Source: Promethearchaeota archaeon (GTDB taxonomy: Archaea > Asgardarchaeota > Lokiarchaeia > Sigyniarchaeales > SOKP01). Taken from it: DNA of 64,000 bases. The notes below the pieces were generated by a model. The model was given only the letters and a program-made list of their open reading frames with translations. It ran no database searches and was not told the origin of the DNA. This document shows positions 41,473 through 51,962 of this stretch, in pieces (the stretch's first letter is position 1; every line of letters starts with the position of its first letter). Both the position numbers and the translations under genes were made by a program. The stretch is from the NCBI GenBank assembly GCA_016840085.1, contig JAEOTA010000052.1, positions 1 to 64,000 on the forward strand, in the 5' to 3' direction.

Positions 41473-44400
41473 TTACTTAACTTTCTCTTCTTTTTTTTTT
41501 TTAAATAAGTAATAACCTAATACAAAAATAGTTAATATTATTGGAAAGGCAAGCAAAGCAGGATTTCCTCCACTAAAAAGGAATAAATAATATGATAGGG
41601 TTATAATTGATGTAAAAAATGCAATAATAGTATAATATTGACTAGTGAAGTTTTTCAAGCGATTAAGAGCCATGTATACTTTAAAATTTGTATTTTTAAT
41701 CACTTCAAGCTCTGACTCATCGATATCATTTAATACTTCAGGATTTTCAAAATAAATCCCCCATCTAGGATCATACTTTCCTTGTAATTTCTCTTCACTT
41801 ATTAAATATAATAAATGATCCTGAATGTTTTGCTTCTTGATTTTTAATTCCTGGTTCAGGAACGCAATCGTTAAATATTCATTTGCGACTGCTTTAATAG
41901 TCATTTCAATATAAGCTTTTAGAATCAATCTTTCTAATGCTTTAACTTTCTCATTTAGTATCTCCATATATTCGTTTATAAATTTATCAAAATCTTCTAG
42001 AATAAACTTAGAGATTTGATTAAAATTCTTTGATTGTCTATTAAATTCTTTAATCTTAACATTAGCAATTTTATTTATTTCTTTTATCTCGGTTTCAATA
42101 CTTTTTGCTCTTTTTTGAATAATTACATTAAGTTTTTTAAATTCCTTAATTTCGATGTGATCCTCAACTTTTCTTTCTAAATTACCAAGTAATTGGCTTA
42201 AATGGATTTTTTTATTATTAATAAATGCTAATAATTTCCCACGGAAAGATTCATTTTTTAAAAGCTCAATTTGCTCATTAGTTTTTTCCATTTTATTGTT
42301 ATAATCATTTAAGAAATCATTCTTTCTTTTAACATAAAATTCTCTAATTTCAGGAATTAATTTTTCTGAATCATTAGTCTTACTTGATAATTTTTTAATT
42401 TCCTCTTCTATATTACCCCTTGATTGGTTTAATTTCTCTTTAAAATATTCTTCCTTATTCTTAAGAATCTCTTCAACTTCAAAAAAAGAATCCCTTTTTT
42501 CAGATTCCTTTATGAATTTGTTAAAAAATTCTTTTAATTCAATTCTAAGAGAATTATATTTATTTTCGATATAATTTTGCATTTTATTAAAAAGATCTAA
42601 GTTGGTTTTTATAGTTTTAATAGCTAATTCATCATTTTCTAAAGTCGATTCAAAATATTGTTTAGTTGCAATAAATTCTTCTCTTTCTTTATTTATTCCT
42701 AATTCATTCAATTTGTCATAAAATTGTTTCGGAATGATTTCTTTAAAAATTTGTAAATCTTTAATTCGATTTTGAAGTTCTAACATGTTTGTATTTAATG
42801 TTCTATTTCTTATACTTGAATCATAAAGTGCTAAAATCTTCCCAATTCTTTCTCTATTTAACTTCAATAAATTATTGTCTATATAATTCCTGAGTTCTTT
42901 ATTTGAGTAATAAAAATCAGTAAAAACTAAGAGTGATTTATCATCTTCGTTAAGCTGTGCATTTATTTTTGAAATATCAATAATATTTTTTAATCTATTA
43001 ATTAAAAATTTACAAGAAAGTTTTAGCTCCTTCTTTAGGTCAAGAAGATCAATATTATCCGTTTTTTTCTCAACTACCATGGAATGAATTCTGTTAGTAA
43101 TGATATTATTAATATATTCATCTTTTAGGACCGAAATCTCATTGTTGAAAAAATTAGTAAATTTTTCCCATTGCATAATAGTTAATTTGGACTTTTCATT
43201 AAAATCTTCAATTTCTTTTTGACAATCACTTAATTTTTTTAAGTATAATTTGTTAGCTTTTTCAAAATCTGAATTTAGAGAGTCACATTGTTTTATTACA
43301 ATCTCAACCTTTAAATTATCTGATTGATTAAAATAATTTCTGATTTCTGTTAATTTGGATTTAAATTTGAGAATTTCTTGTGTTGTAAAGTTGTCAAAAT
43401 CTTCTATTTTAGATCTATTTCTCTCTTCTAAGACTTTATTCTTTAAAGATTGAACCTGTTTTGCTATTAAATCAATAATATATGATTCTAAATTGTCTAG
43501 TTTTTCTTGTAAATGTTTATATAATATAAAGAGCTTCTGTTTTTGTTTTATCTCATTTTTAATAACAACATGAAGATCTTTAATTTCATTTATTTTTGCA
43601 GATAATAATAAATCAGATTCTTTTTTAATAATTGTAAAAGCTTCTTGAAATTGATTTGAATTAATTTTATATCTAGCTTTTTCACCAATTTCGGATATAT
43701 GAACACTAACTTTTTCTTCTATTTCTTCAACTTCTTTTAATTTATTGTTAAAAAATTGAAAACCATCTGTATAAAAATTAAATACATTTTCGAATTTTTC
43801 TTTAACTTTTACCCAATTATTAATTACTTTCTTATGTTTTTTAACGACTTTCCTTTCTTTTGACGTTATTTGTTGAGAGACTTTATAAATTAAACTATCA
43901 TATTTTCTAACATTTTGAGTTATTATATCTAATTCTTTAATCATTAGATTAAATTTTTCATTCTTGTATTCTTTTTCTAAGACTTCCCTAAATTTTTTCG
44001 TAAAAGCATCAAATTTCTTATTTAAATCATCTTCTATTATTACAACTTTTTCCTTTAAATTGTCTAATATATCATTTAAATTTCTTAGCTCTTCTTTTTC
44101 TTGTATTTTTCCCTTTAGATATGCTTCAACTTCTGCTAGCTTCTTTGGTAAGATAGAATAAGTCTGCTCCCATTCAGCAATCTCTGACCTTAATACTGCT
44201 TGAAGGTTAATATAATATAAAATTTCATTAAATGAATTTTCAATGTTCTCATTTAAAAAATCAGCTTCCATTAAAGCATCTCGGATAATAAATTTTAATC
44301 TTTCTTTGGAATAGTTAATTTCATTAATTAAGAGGTAACTTTCTATTTCTTCTTTTATTTGATAATCAATTTTTTTAAGCTTTAATGTCATATTATAAAT

Positions 44401-45873
44401 ATCATTCTTAATATCCACCAATTTCTCTTTTTCCTCTAAGATTCTCTCAGTATTTATTTCTGTATCGCAAATAATTATTTTTTTATAAATATAGTCCAAA
44501 TAAAATAGATATCTTGTTTTTGATAAAAATCGTTTCTTAGCTTTAATTTTTCCCTTGAAAAAATTTCTCTCTATCATTTCTTTAATAATTGGAAAGATGC
44601 TTTCTCTCAGTTTCAATGTTTCATAGTTTAAAGTTTTATATTTCTTATAAAGAGCAGAAAGAGAAACAATACTATTTTTATTAATTTGATCATAAAATTC
44701 TTTAATGAATTCTTGCCTCCCTTGACTCAAATTTCTAAGAAAATTTTTGAATTCAATCTTGTTATCTAAAATTCTTAACTTAAAATTATAATTAAGATTA
44801 ATATATGATATTATATCTTCAACATCGTTAAGTAAACCAAAATTAGTTTTTAATTGAATTAAATCTATGAATTTTTCTTTCTCAATTTGCTTAAATAAGG
44901 TTCTTTCTACTTCATCAATGAATTTCTTCCACACAAATGATAAAAGGATTGTCAATTTTGAAACATCATGTAATTTATAAACATTCCAATTTGATTGATT
45001 ACTCAGAATCTCATTTAATTTATTATTTATAAAGGAATATATTCCTGCAGGATTATAATCTAAAAACCATGAATATAGGTTAAGAACATACACAATCCAA
45101 AAAGTATCATTAATATTTCCCAGATGATTTAAATTAAAACCACCACTTTCATTTTGAAATTGGTGTAGATATTGGATTTCCTTATCTTTAACTTCAGAAT
45201 CTAAATCCAAATATTTTTGGCAAAGTAATTTAAAAATTAACCCATAACCTTTTTTTCTACTTTCATCAAAAAACCCTCGAAATTGATCTCTATTAAGACG
45301 AACATCAACTCCTATAATTGTAAATATTTCTAAAACAAAAAATAAAGTTCTTCCTGGTGAAATCTTTTTGCATACGTCACATTGCTCATCATGACAGTGC
45401 ATAAAAGTATTTTTCTTTTCATGTGATAAAACAAAGTTTTTAATCTCTAACTTAATATTTTCAGAGGATAAATATTCTTCTAAAAATCCTAAATTTTTCA
45501 AACACGCTAATGCTAAATATGTTGAGTAGATATCAGGAATTTTTTGTATATTAGGAGATAATTTAAATCCTAATTTTTCATTTTGTTGAATTTCACATTT
45601 TTTAATAAAATCAAATATTTCATTCTTTTTTATCTTCTTTTCGTCTTTAAGATATTTCTTTAGTAATAAAAACCAAAAAATGTTTTCTAGCGTTAAATTA
45701 GAGGTATTTACTAAATTATTATTAAAAAATTCATAGAACTTAATAAGATCATTATAGTCACTTAAATAAAAGTTCCCTATATCTTTTTGTTTTACTATAA
45801 TAAAAGATTTAAATGGTTCTTTTTTGAATTCAGTAATATACGGATAAGCAGATTTCTGTTGAACATTAGCCAA
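41473..45873 (-). CDS. Large membrane-tethered protein: prenyltransferase-like repeats, winged-helix/PCI-like domains, long coiled coil, 2 C-terminal TMs
   Basis: GFKLSP..PDIYSTYLAL, QNESGGF; K/E/I-rich heptads; LYLISEEKLQGKYDPRWGIY. Likely TTG start at 45873. Confidence 0.7.
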   Translation of the reverse strand: MANVQQKSAYPYITEFKKEPFKSFIIVKQKDIGNFYLSDYNDLIKFYEFFNNNLVNTSNLTLENIFWFLLLKKYLKDEKKIKKNEIFDFIKKCEIQQNEKLGFKLSPNIQKIPDIYSTYLALACLKNLGFLEEYLSSENIKLEIKNFVLSHEKKNTFMHCHDEQCDVCKKISPGRTLFFVLEIFTIIGVDVRLNRDQFRGFFDESRKKGYGLIFKLLCQKYLDLDSEVKDKEIQYLHQFQNESGGFNLNHLGNINDTFWIVYVLNLYSWFLDYNPAGIYSFINNKLNEILSNQSNWNVYKLHDVSKLTILLSFVWKKFIDEVERTLFKQIEKEKFIDLIQLKTNFGLLNDVEDIISYINLNYNFKLRILDNKIEFKNFLRNLSQGRQEFIKEFYDQINKNSIVSLSALYKKYKTLNYETLKLRESIFPIIKEMIERNFFKGKIKAKKRFLSKTRYLFYLDYIYKKIIICDTEINTERILEEKEKLVDIKNDIYNMTLKLKKIDYQIKEEIESYLLINEINYSKERLKFIIRDALMEADFLNENIENSFNEILYYINLQAVLRSEIAEWEQTYSILPKKLAEVEAYLKGKIQEKEELRNLNDILDNLKEKVVIIEDDLNKKFDAFTKKFREVLEKEYKNEKFNLMIKELDIITQNVRKYDSLIYKVSQQITSKERKVVKKHKKVINNWVKVKEKFENVFNFYTDGFQFFNNKLKEVEEIEEKVSVHISEIGEKARYKINSNQFQEAFTIIKKESDLLLSAKINEIKDLHVVIKNEIKQKQKLFILYKHLQEKLDNLESYIIDLIAKQVQSLKNKVLEERNRSKIEDFDNFTTQEILKFKSKLTEIRNYFNQSDNLKVEIVIKQCDSLNSDFEKANKLYLKKLSDCQKEIEDFNEKSKLTIMQWEKFTNFFNNEISVLKDEYINNIITNRIHSMVVEKKTDNIDLLDLKKELKLSCKFLINRLKNIIDISKINAQLNEDDKSLLVFTDFYYSNKELRNYIDNNLLKLNRERIGKILALYDSSIRNRTLNTNMLELQNRIKDLQIFKEIIPKQFYDKLNELGINKEREEFIATKQYFESTLENDELAIKTIKTNLDLFNKMQNYIENKYNSLRIELKEFFNKFIKESEKRDSFFEVEEILKNKEEYFKEKLNQSRGNIEEEIKKLSSKTNDSEKLIPEIREFYVKRKNDFLNDYNNKMEKTNEQIELLKNESFRGKLLAFINNKKIHLSQLLGNLERKVEDHIEIKEFKKLNVIIQKRAKSIETEIKEINKIANVKIKEFNRQSKNFNQISKFILEDFDKFINEYMEILNEKVKALERLILKAYIEMTIKAVANEYLTIAFLNQELKIKKQNIQDHLLYLISEEKLQGKYDPRWGIYFENPEVLNDIDESELEVIKNTNFKVYMALNRLKNFTSQYYTIIAFFTSIITLSYYLFLFSGGNPALLAFPIILTIFVLGYYLFKKKKEEKVK

Positions 45874-46080
45874 ACTAAAATAAACCCCAAAAACAGTGTT
45901 TTTTATTATTTTGTAATTAATGAAAATTTTAACATATATTTTTTTTGGATAAAAAAAATAATTAATATCTTTTGTTGAAAATAACATTTAGTTGTCATTT
46001 TCATACTTTTTAAATCTCTTTATGAATATTAGCTCTTGAATTAAAAATCACTTGATTCAAAAAAAGTATGATTTAAAGAT

Positions 46081-46701
46081 CTACTTTTTTTCCGTAGTTC
46101 TGATAAAGGCACTTTTTTTTCTAATGTAAACGAAAATAAGTGCGAAAATTATGCAGACAAAAAAAATATAGATTGCCACATTTAGAATACCTGGAGATAA
46201 TTTTTCTGATAGGTTTAAAATAATATAATATGCTCTAGACCAATTATTATTACCATTAAGTGATGAATCTTTAGCCCAAACTTCAATTTTGTAGAACTCA
46301 TAATTAGGATAAGAAGAAATATTCTCCCAAGTAAAAAACCAAAGTTCATCTCCTTTTAGAGCCATTGTGGCATTAAATAATGAGGTGCTAATGTTCGAAA
46401 TTTGAACAATAACATTACCAGACACAGGCGGGTGATCATCGGAAACATTAACAATGATCTCATAGAAATTTTTCTTAATAACTGAATTATTCGTGGATGG
46501 CTGAACAAATGTAATTACTGGAGCAACTGTATCATTATTAGCGGATTGTTTTATATCATGCACATTTATATCTTCCATTTTATTATTTGAAATTGTAGAT
46601 ATAAATGGTTCTTGTTGTATTAGAAATGAGGTATTAAGAGTTATTAAAATAATAATTAAAGAAAAAATGAAGAGTTTATTCTTTTCAAACATTATCTTCA
46701 T
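46081..46701 (-). CDS. Membrane-anchored Ig-like domain protein
   Basis: N-terminal TM, DTVAPVITF..VWAKDSSLN, C-terminal TM + basic tail. Confidence 0.7.
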   Translation of the reverse strand: MKIMFEKNKLFIFSLIIILITLNTSFLIQQEPFISTISNNKMEDINVHDIKQSANNDTVAPVITFVQPSTNNSVIKKNFYEIIVNVSDDHPPVSGNVIVQISNISTSLFNATMALKGDELWFFTWENISSYPNYEFYKIEVWAKDSSLNGNNNWSRAYYIILNLSEKLSPGILNVAIYIFFVCIIFALIFVYIRKKSAFIRTTEKK

Positions 46702-46884
46702 TATAGTCCGTTATTGGTATCAACTTAATTAAGAATTAATTCTAAGTATAATTTAAACTTAAGGTACATAAAAATTAGCTTTATTAAAAAACCAACAAGT
46801 TAGCTAATTTCATCTCCACCTTAAATTCTCTGAGATTTCAGGAAATTATAAATAAAAAAGATATGAAATTATGAAATATTACAT

Positions 46885-48384
46885 TTACAATTGAGGAATG
46901 CTATTAAAACTCCAAGTATCTTTAATTCGTAAATTATCTTGTATTAATGGGTTTTGTATTTGAATAATAGGAATTTTTTGTCCTGCGGGAATATAATTTT
47001 TAGCATAGTCAAATGCATCTTCTATTGTTTGATTTTGATTTAAACGATCCCAAAATATATGGAAAAACCAAGAACCAGCAAAACCATCTAAATTATTATT
47101 ATCTCGCCAATACCAAGAGAAAACATCTGTTGTTGATGTTATAAGAATGGAATTGGATATATTATACCAACTTTGTCCTATATCTGAATTTATGTTTAAA
47201 AAATTACCACTAAAACAACTATCGATGTTTATCATCATACGATCACAATCGATCTGTCTAACTAAATTAAAAAATTCGGTTTCAGATATATAGCTATCAT
47301 CTGCTTCAAAATGATATGTAGCATTACCACCACCGGCTATTTTATTCGATCCATGGTCAACCATATAAATTATTAATTGATCTTTTGATTTGATGCTAGA
47401 AGCAAACGATCCTTCGATTGAAACATTTAGTTCTTGTTTGAATCTACTATTATTTACATCATCATCTTCCACATCAATAATAGCTTCTGTTAAATCGTTT
47501 GAGACACCGTCATTCGCATTTATATCAATTATATTATCATTTTTATGATATAACATTAGGAATATATTTTCATCAGAATATCCATGATGCTTCAAGATCC
47601 AATAGACTTGGAGTGCTTGCGCAGGAAATCCATCTGAGTCAATTTTACCTGGAGGTGGAATTGGATTTATAGGATTTGTTACATTAACAGAAATCCATCG
47701 TTCTACTCTAACATCATCAAAAAGCACCATATCAGTACCTGTCATATTGCCCTCAACTGCTAAAACTAAATGTAATTGAGTAATTTCGTTTAAGGTAGAA
47801 TTGTCGACGATGCCTGTTACATTTAGATTAATCCATCCTGTTTTAGTTTCAAAAATCCCCTTTGACCAGTCCGTTCTCACTACACCATTGCTAGAATTTA
47901 ACCACCGTAACCCTATTCTTGCCCCTGGTCCTGGAGGTATTATTGTAGCAGGTGTCATTGGACAACAATTAGTTGTAATATTAACCCAAGCAGAAAGATT
48001 ATAGATAGCAAATTCATATAGTGGATAATATTTCGTCCAATTAAATACATATTCCATATTAACATAGCCGCCCCCGGAATAAGCAATTAATTTTATAACT
48101 CCAGGAGCACCATCATGACCAAGGTCATTATCTATTCCTCCATAACCATTAGTGCAATTTTCCACCCATCGACCTGTCTCACTACTAAAATTTGCATCAG
48201 TTCCTTCATTGAAATCATCCTCTGGTTCACTTTTTTGAAAATCATTCGCACTTGCTATAATAATAGCTTTTCTCGCACTGGGGATTGGTTTTTTACCTGG
48301 TGGAATAAATATTATGAGTATAACAATAACTAAGGCAGCAATCATCACTAAAGCTATAATTGGAATTAATTTCTTTTTATTCAT
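46885..48384 (-). CDS. Membrane-anchored clan CD (C13 legumain/Gpi8-like) peptidase with inserted CBM-like sandwich
   Basis: N-terminal TM; GYSDENIFLM; YMVDHG (His) and IDSCFSG (Cys); insert ending VLFDDVRV. Confidence 0.8.
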   Translation of the reverse strand: MNKKKLIPIIALVMIAALVIVILIIFIPPGKKPIPSARKAIIIASANDFQKSEPEDDFNEGTDANFSSETGRWVENCTNGYGGIDNDLGHDGAPGVIKLIAYSGGGYVNMEYVFNWTKYYPLYEFAIYNLSAWVNITTNCCPMTPATIIPPGPGARIGLRWLNSSNGVVRTDWSKGIFETKTGWINLNVTGIVDNSTLNEITQLHLVLAVEGNMTGTDMVLFDDVRVERWISVNVTNPINPIPPPGKIDSDGFPAQALQVYWILKHHGYSDENIFLMLYHKNDNIIDINANDGVSNDLTEAIIDVEDDDVNNSRFKQELNVSIEGSFASSIKSKDQLIIYMVDHGSNKIAGGGNATYHFEADDSYISETEFFNLVRQIDCDRMMINIDSCFSGNFLNINSDIGQSWYNISNSILITSTTDVFSWYWRDNNNLDGFAGSWFFHIFWDRLNQNQTIEDAFDYAKNYIPAGQKIPIIQIQNPLIQDNLRIKDTWSFNSIPQL

Positions 48385-48622
48385 ACAATAACACAAAAAT
48401 GTATAGTAAATTTCTTAATTAAGCATTAAGTTTGCTAACTTTTTAAATATATCTCCTAAAATTAAAGATGAATCTAGATAAATAATTAAAAAAAGTTAAA
48501 ATAGATATAATTTCACTATGCTCCTATTAATTCACTTAAATTTAGTAGCAATAGTGTAATTAACTAATTAAATAGTAGTAAAATATAATATTATAAAAAA
48601 AAGTGAAATTATTTTATTTATT

Positions 48623-50032
48623 CTATATTGCTCGGCCTATTATTGCTATAATATCTTCGTGTGTGGGTTCTTCAAGAACCTCTAATAAATCATACTCATT
48701 AATCATCTCAAGAATTCCTAATACTTGCAATTCGTGATTATACAAATCATTCGCATCAGATAGATTTCTCCAACAGAATGGGCATTCGGTTGTTAAAATA
48801 TCGGCATTTACAGCATTGGCTTCGTCACATCTTAAACTAGAGGTTCTCAGAGAAAAGTCTGGATATCCTGCACGAACTCCCCCTCCCGCACCACAACACA
48901 TTGAATCCATCTTAATACGATACATCTCAACAAATTTTATTCCAACATCTTCTTCAAGTTTTCTAAGAATTACTCTCGGCTTATCATACCATACTTCTAT
49001 TTGTTGTTTAACTTTCCTCATGTCAATCATTAAGTTCTTAGATTTTTCAATCATCCTTTGCTCCATATCGAGGCCGAAATGTCTACCTGTGTGGCAGGGA
49101 TCATGATAAGTCACTACCTTCCCTTTTAATTCCTTATTTGGTTTAAATTTAATTTTTTCTTTCACAATTAATTCAGATATCATTTCGAATGCATGTTTAG
49201 TTTTAAAGGGAAGTTCATCTTCTTCTATCCATTTGGGATAATCTACTAAAAAGGTTCTATAACATCCCGCACAAGAGAAAAATACCATGTCAAAGTCTTT
49301 AAAATTTTCAAGATTTTTCTTCATTAGATCTTTAGCTGTTGTTACAGAACCAATTCTAAAGAATGGGCTTCCACAACATACCTCATCATTAACTAAAGTA
49401 AAATCTATCCCTAATTTTTCGAAAATTCTACATGTCGCGATAGCTATATTAGTTTGGCGATAACTTGCGGTACATCCAACATAATAGGCATATTTGGCCC
49501 CTTTTTTATCAATATATTTCTCTAATCCCGCATCTTTAGCCCATTTAAATCGTTCTTCTGCTTTCCCACCATAAGGATTATTTAACTCTTTCACTAATTT
49601 ATCTACGTATTGATGCCTTTCTATCATTGGAACACCAGATTCACTACATGCTGCTCTTAAGGATTCAATTATATCCACTGTGCGAACTTTGCTTTCACAT
49701 TGGGCAGCACATTGACCACATGTAATGCAAGGCATGAAAACATCTCTTACTTCCTCTGAGAATTCTAAGTCATCATTAAGAATGGAACGCGCAATCCACA
49801 TCTTTCCAGCATTCCAAAACGCTTCCCATCCATATTCTATACCCGCTGGACAAGCTTCAACCATTCCTTCATATAAAAACGTTCTATTCGTTTTACCCTT
49901 CCATTCACCAACTCCGTCTCTACTTGGTTCACCAGAATAAGCAAATTTACAAGCTTTACAATGAATACAGCGGTATATATCTTTTTTTAATTCTTCTAAT
50001 CTTTTCATTCCTGTAATATTTTTTATAGACAT
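48623..50032 (-). CDS. HdrD/GlpC-like Fe-S oxidoreductase (2 CCG domains)
   Basis: CIHCKAC..CP, CITCGQC, YYVGC..CCGSP..CAGC, YHDPCH..CCGAGGG..CPFC. Confidence 0.92.
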   Translation of the reverse strand: MSIKNITGMKRLEELKKDIYRCIHCKACKFAYSGEPSRDGVGEWKGKTNRTFLYEGMVEACPAGIEYGWEAFWNAGKMWIARSILNDDLEFSEEVRDVFMPCITCGQCAAQCESKVRTVDIIESLRAACSESGVPMIERHQYVDKLVKELNNPYGGKAEERFKWAKDAGLEKYIDKKGAKYAYYVGCTASYRQTNIAIATCRIFEKLGIDFTLVNDEVCCGSPFFRIGSVTTAKDLMKKNLENFKDFDMVFFSCAGCYRTFLVDYPKWIEEDELPFKTKHAFEMISELIVKEKIKFKPNKELKGKVVTYHDPCHTGRHFGLDMEQRMIEKSKNLMIDMRKVKQQIEVWYDKPRVILRKLEEDVGIKFVEMYRIKMDSMCCGAGGGVRAGYPDFSLRTSSLRCDEANAVNADILTTECPFCWRNLSDANDLYNHELQVLGILEMINEYDLLEVLEEPTHEDIIAIIGRAI

Positions 50033-50055
50033 TTTTTTATCACACCTCCTTTATT

Positions 50056-51572
50056 TTATGGAAGGGCAAGCCTCCCAGGATGTAAAATTCCATTTGGATC
50101 AACCAGTTTCTTAATTGCTCGTAAATATTTCCAGTACATTCCAGATTGATAATAAGCTTTAATGTGAATGTATGGATCTGGTCGATAATTCAACCATCCT
50201 TGTTTCAAACCATACTCAGTAGTCTCTCTATTCAATTCTTGAACTCTTTCGATTTCTTCTGTCTTTGTGCTATCAAAGCAAATGATAGGCATACAAATTG
50301 CTTGTCTACCACGCTCAATTGAAGCAACCCACATCGTGGGGGGAAAACCATATTTTTCCATTGCGTTACAATATACTTCACAGAAATGGGCACATTCTGG
50401 CCATGGAGTGTACCATGTAATAAATAGAAAACCGGCATCCCAGAAACTATAAGGAACAGCAATTTTGTTCGGCTTTTTTAATCTGCTTGCGATTTGTTTT
50501 GGATGGAGCTTCTGAGGTTTTATTGAATCAGGGTCTTTAGCTCTATTCTTTTTGTAATCTTTTGCCATTTCATCAATTCTATTTGTAACATAGTCTAATT
50601 CTTCCTGTGTTTGAGCCCAGCATTCAAAATTCATCCACCATTTCGAAATACCTATTTCTTCATAGAATTTATAATCGAGAGGTATTTTATCCTTTGGCCA
50701 TCGAGTCATTACTAGTTGATAATTGCCCCCTTGGACCATTACACAATGATGGGAAATCCCAAATTCTTGCTTTTGGATTTCTAATGTTAAATTCTGCATG
50801 TCATAGGGATTTGACATGCCCCATACAACTATTGTTTTAAATTCGGGATGTGGATAAATCTTTACAACCACTTTTGTGATTACCCCCATGGTCCCTTGAC
50901 TGCCCATTAAAAACGACCATATATCAGGACCAATTCCATATTTGTAGAATGGTTTCGCAGTTGGTAATGCCCAAGAACCAGTCCTTAAAACATCGCCATT
51001 TGGAAACACAACTTCAGCGCACATAAAATTGTCACCTTGTGGTCCCACACTTGAAGTGTATAATGAAAATCCTCTATCAATAGCATCACCCATAACTGTA
51101 GAGGCTGGTGGAGCTCCATCTGGTATTGGTGGTGCCCAATCAGGATGATTTTTATGCATATATGCCCAGAGTTCTCCTATGGTAACTCCCGGTTCGACGA
51201 CACAAAACCGATTTTCTTCATCGATTTCAATAATTCTATCCATTCTTCCTAAATCAAGAAGAACTCCTCCAGGTTTGATCGTTGGACACGAAAAACCGCC
51301 AGATAATCCACCAGAGACAGGACTTACAGCTATTTTTTCTTGAGTACAATATACTAAAATCTTACGAATCTCTTCAACATATTTGGGGCGAACGACGATA
51401 TCAGGGATTTGGCTCTTTAGTCATAATCCGCTTTGGGATAATGGATTTCTAAACCCATCACTGATTTCGCCAGGTAAGATGCTGTAATCGCTTTGTTATT
51501 TGAAGCGTATTCCTTGCCGACGATGCCTATCATGGCCTCCAGATCTTTTTCATCCGGTAATTTGTAGCTCAT
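50056..51572 (-). CDS. FAD-binding oxidoreductase (GlcD/D-lactate dehydrogenase-like); two exons 51572-51447 and 51414-50056, 494 aa
   Basis: Exon 1 MSYKLP..IVGKEYASN..MGLE joins SQIPDIVVRP..GGVLLDLGRMDRI..VEPGVT..GSQGTMGVIT..DPNGILHPG once 32 nt are removed. Confidence 0.9.
51415..51446 (-). other. Bulge-helix-bulge intron in mRNA (32 nt)
   Basis: GGU-UUAG-AA^A-[UCCAUUAUCC CAAAGC GGAUUAUGA]-CUAA-AG^A-GCC: perfect 4-bp central helix, two 3-nt bulges, cuts restore the frame. Confidence 0.88.
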
Positions 51573-51962
51573 AATTTCTAACCTTTTGATTTATCTTTCT
51601 ATTTTTGATTTTTTATTTTAATAATTGATATTTGGGAAAATTAAATACAGAATATTAAATTTTCTCATATCTTATTCAAACATGCGAGGTTTTTTTCTTA
51701 TGATTAATATGTGATTACTGGTAAACTTCATTAAAAAAGACATAAATATGAACAAAATTGTAAGAATATTTATTATTATTTTGAACCTTTGAAAGAAATA
51801 AAAATTAAAGTTTAATATGGATAAAAGAAAAGAATTAAATCAATTTTGAAGGACAATTTAATTTAAAAAATATAACTTTAAATTTTCTATAAATATCGTA
51901 GTAAAGTCGCTCTACTTTTGAAATAGGTGTATTATATAAAAAAATTAAATAAAAAAAGGGAT

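Noticed and set aside
51415-51446. Simple frameshift, pseudogene or ribosomal frameshifting as the explanation for the split oxidoreductase
   Set aside because: No homopolymer or slippery site at the break. A 1-nt fix would leave about 10 extra residues, whereas the BHB cut sites coincide exactly with the frame-restoring deletion.
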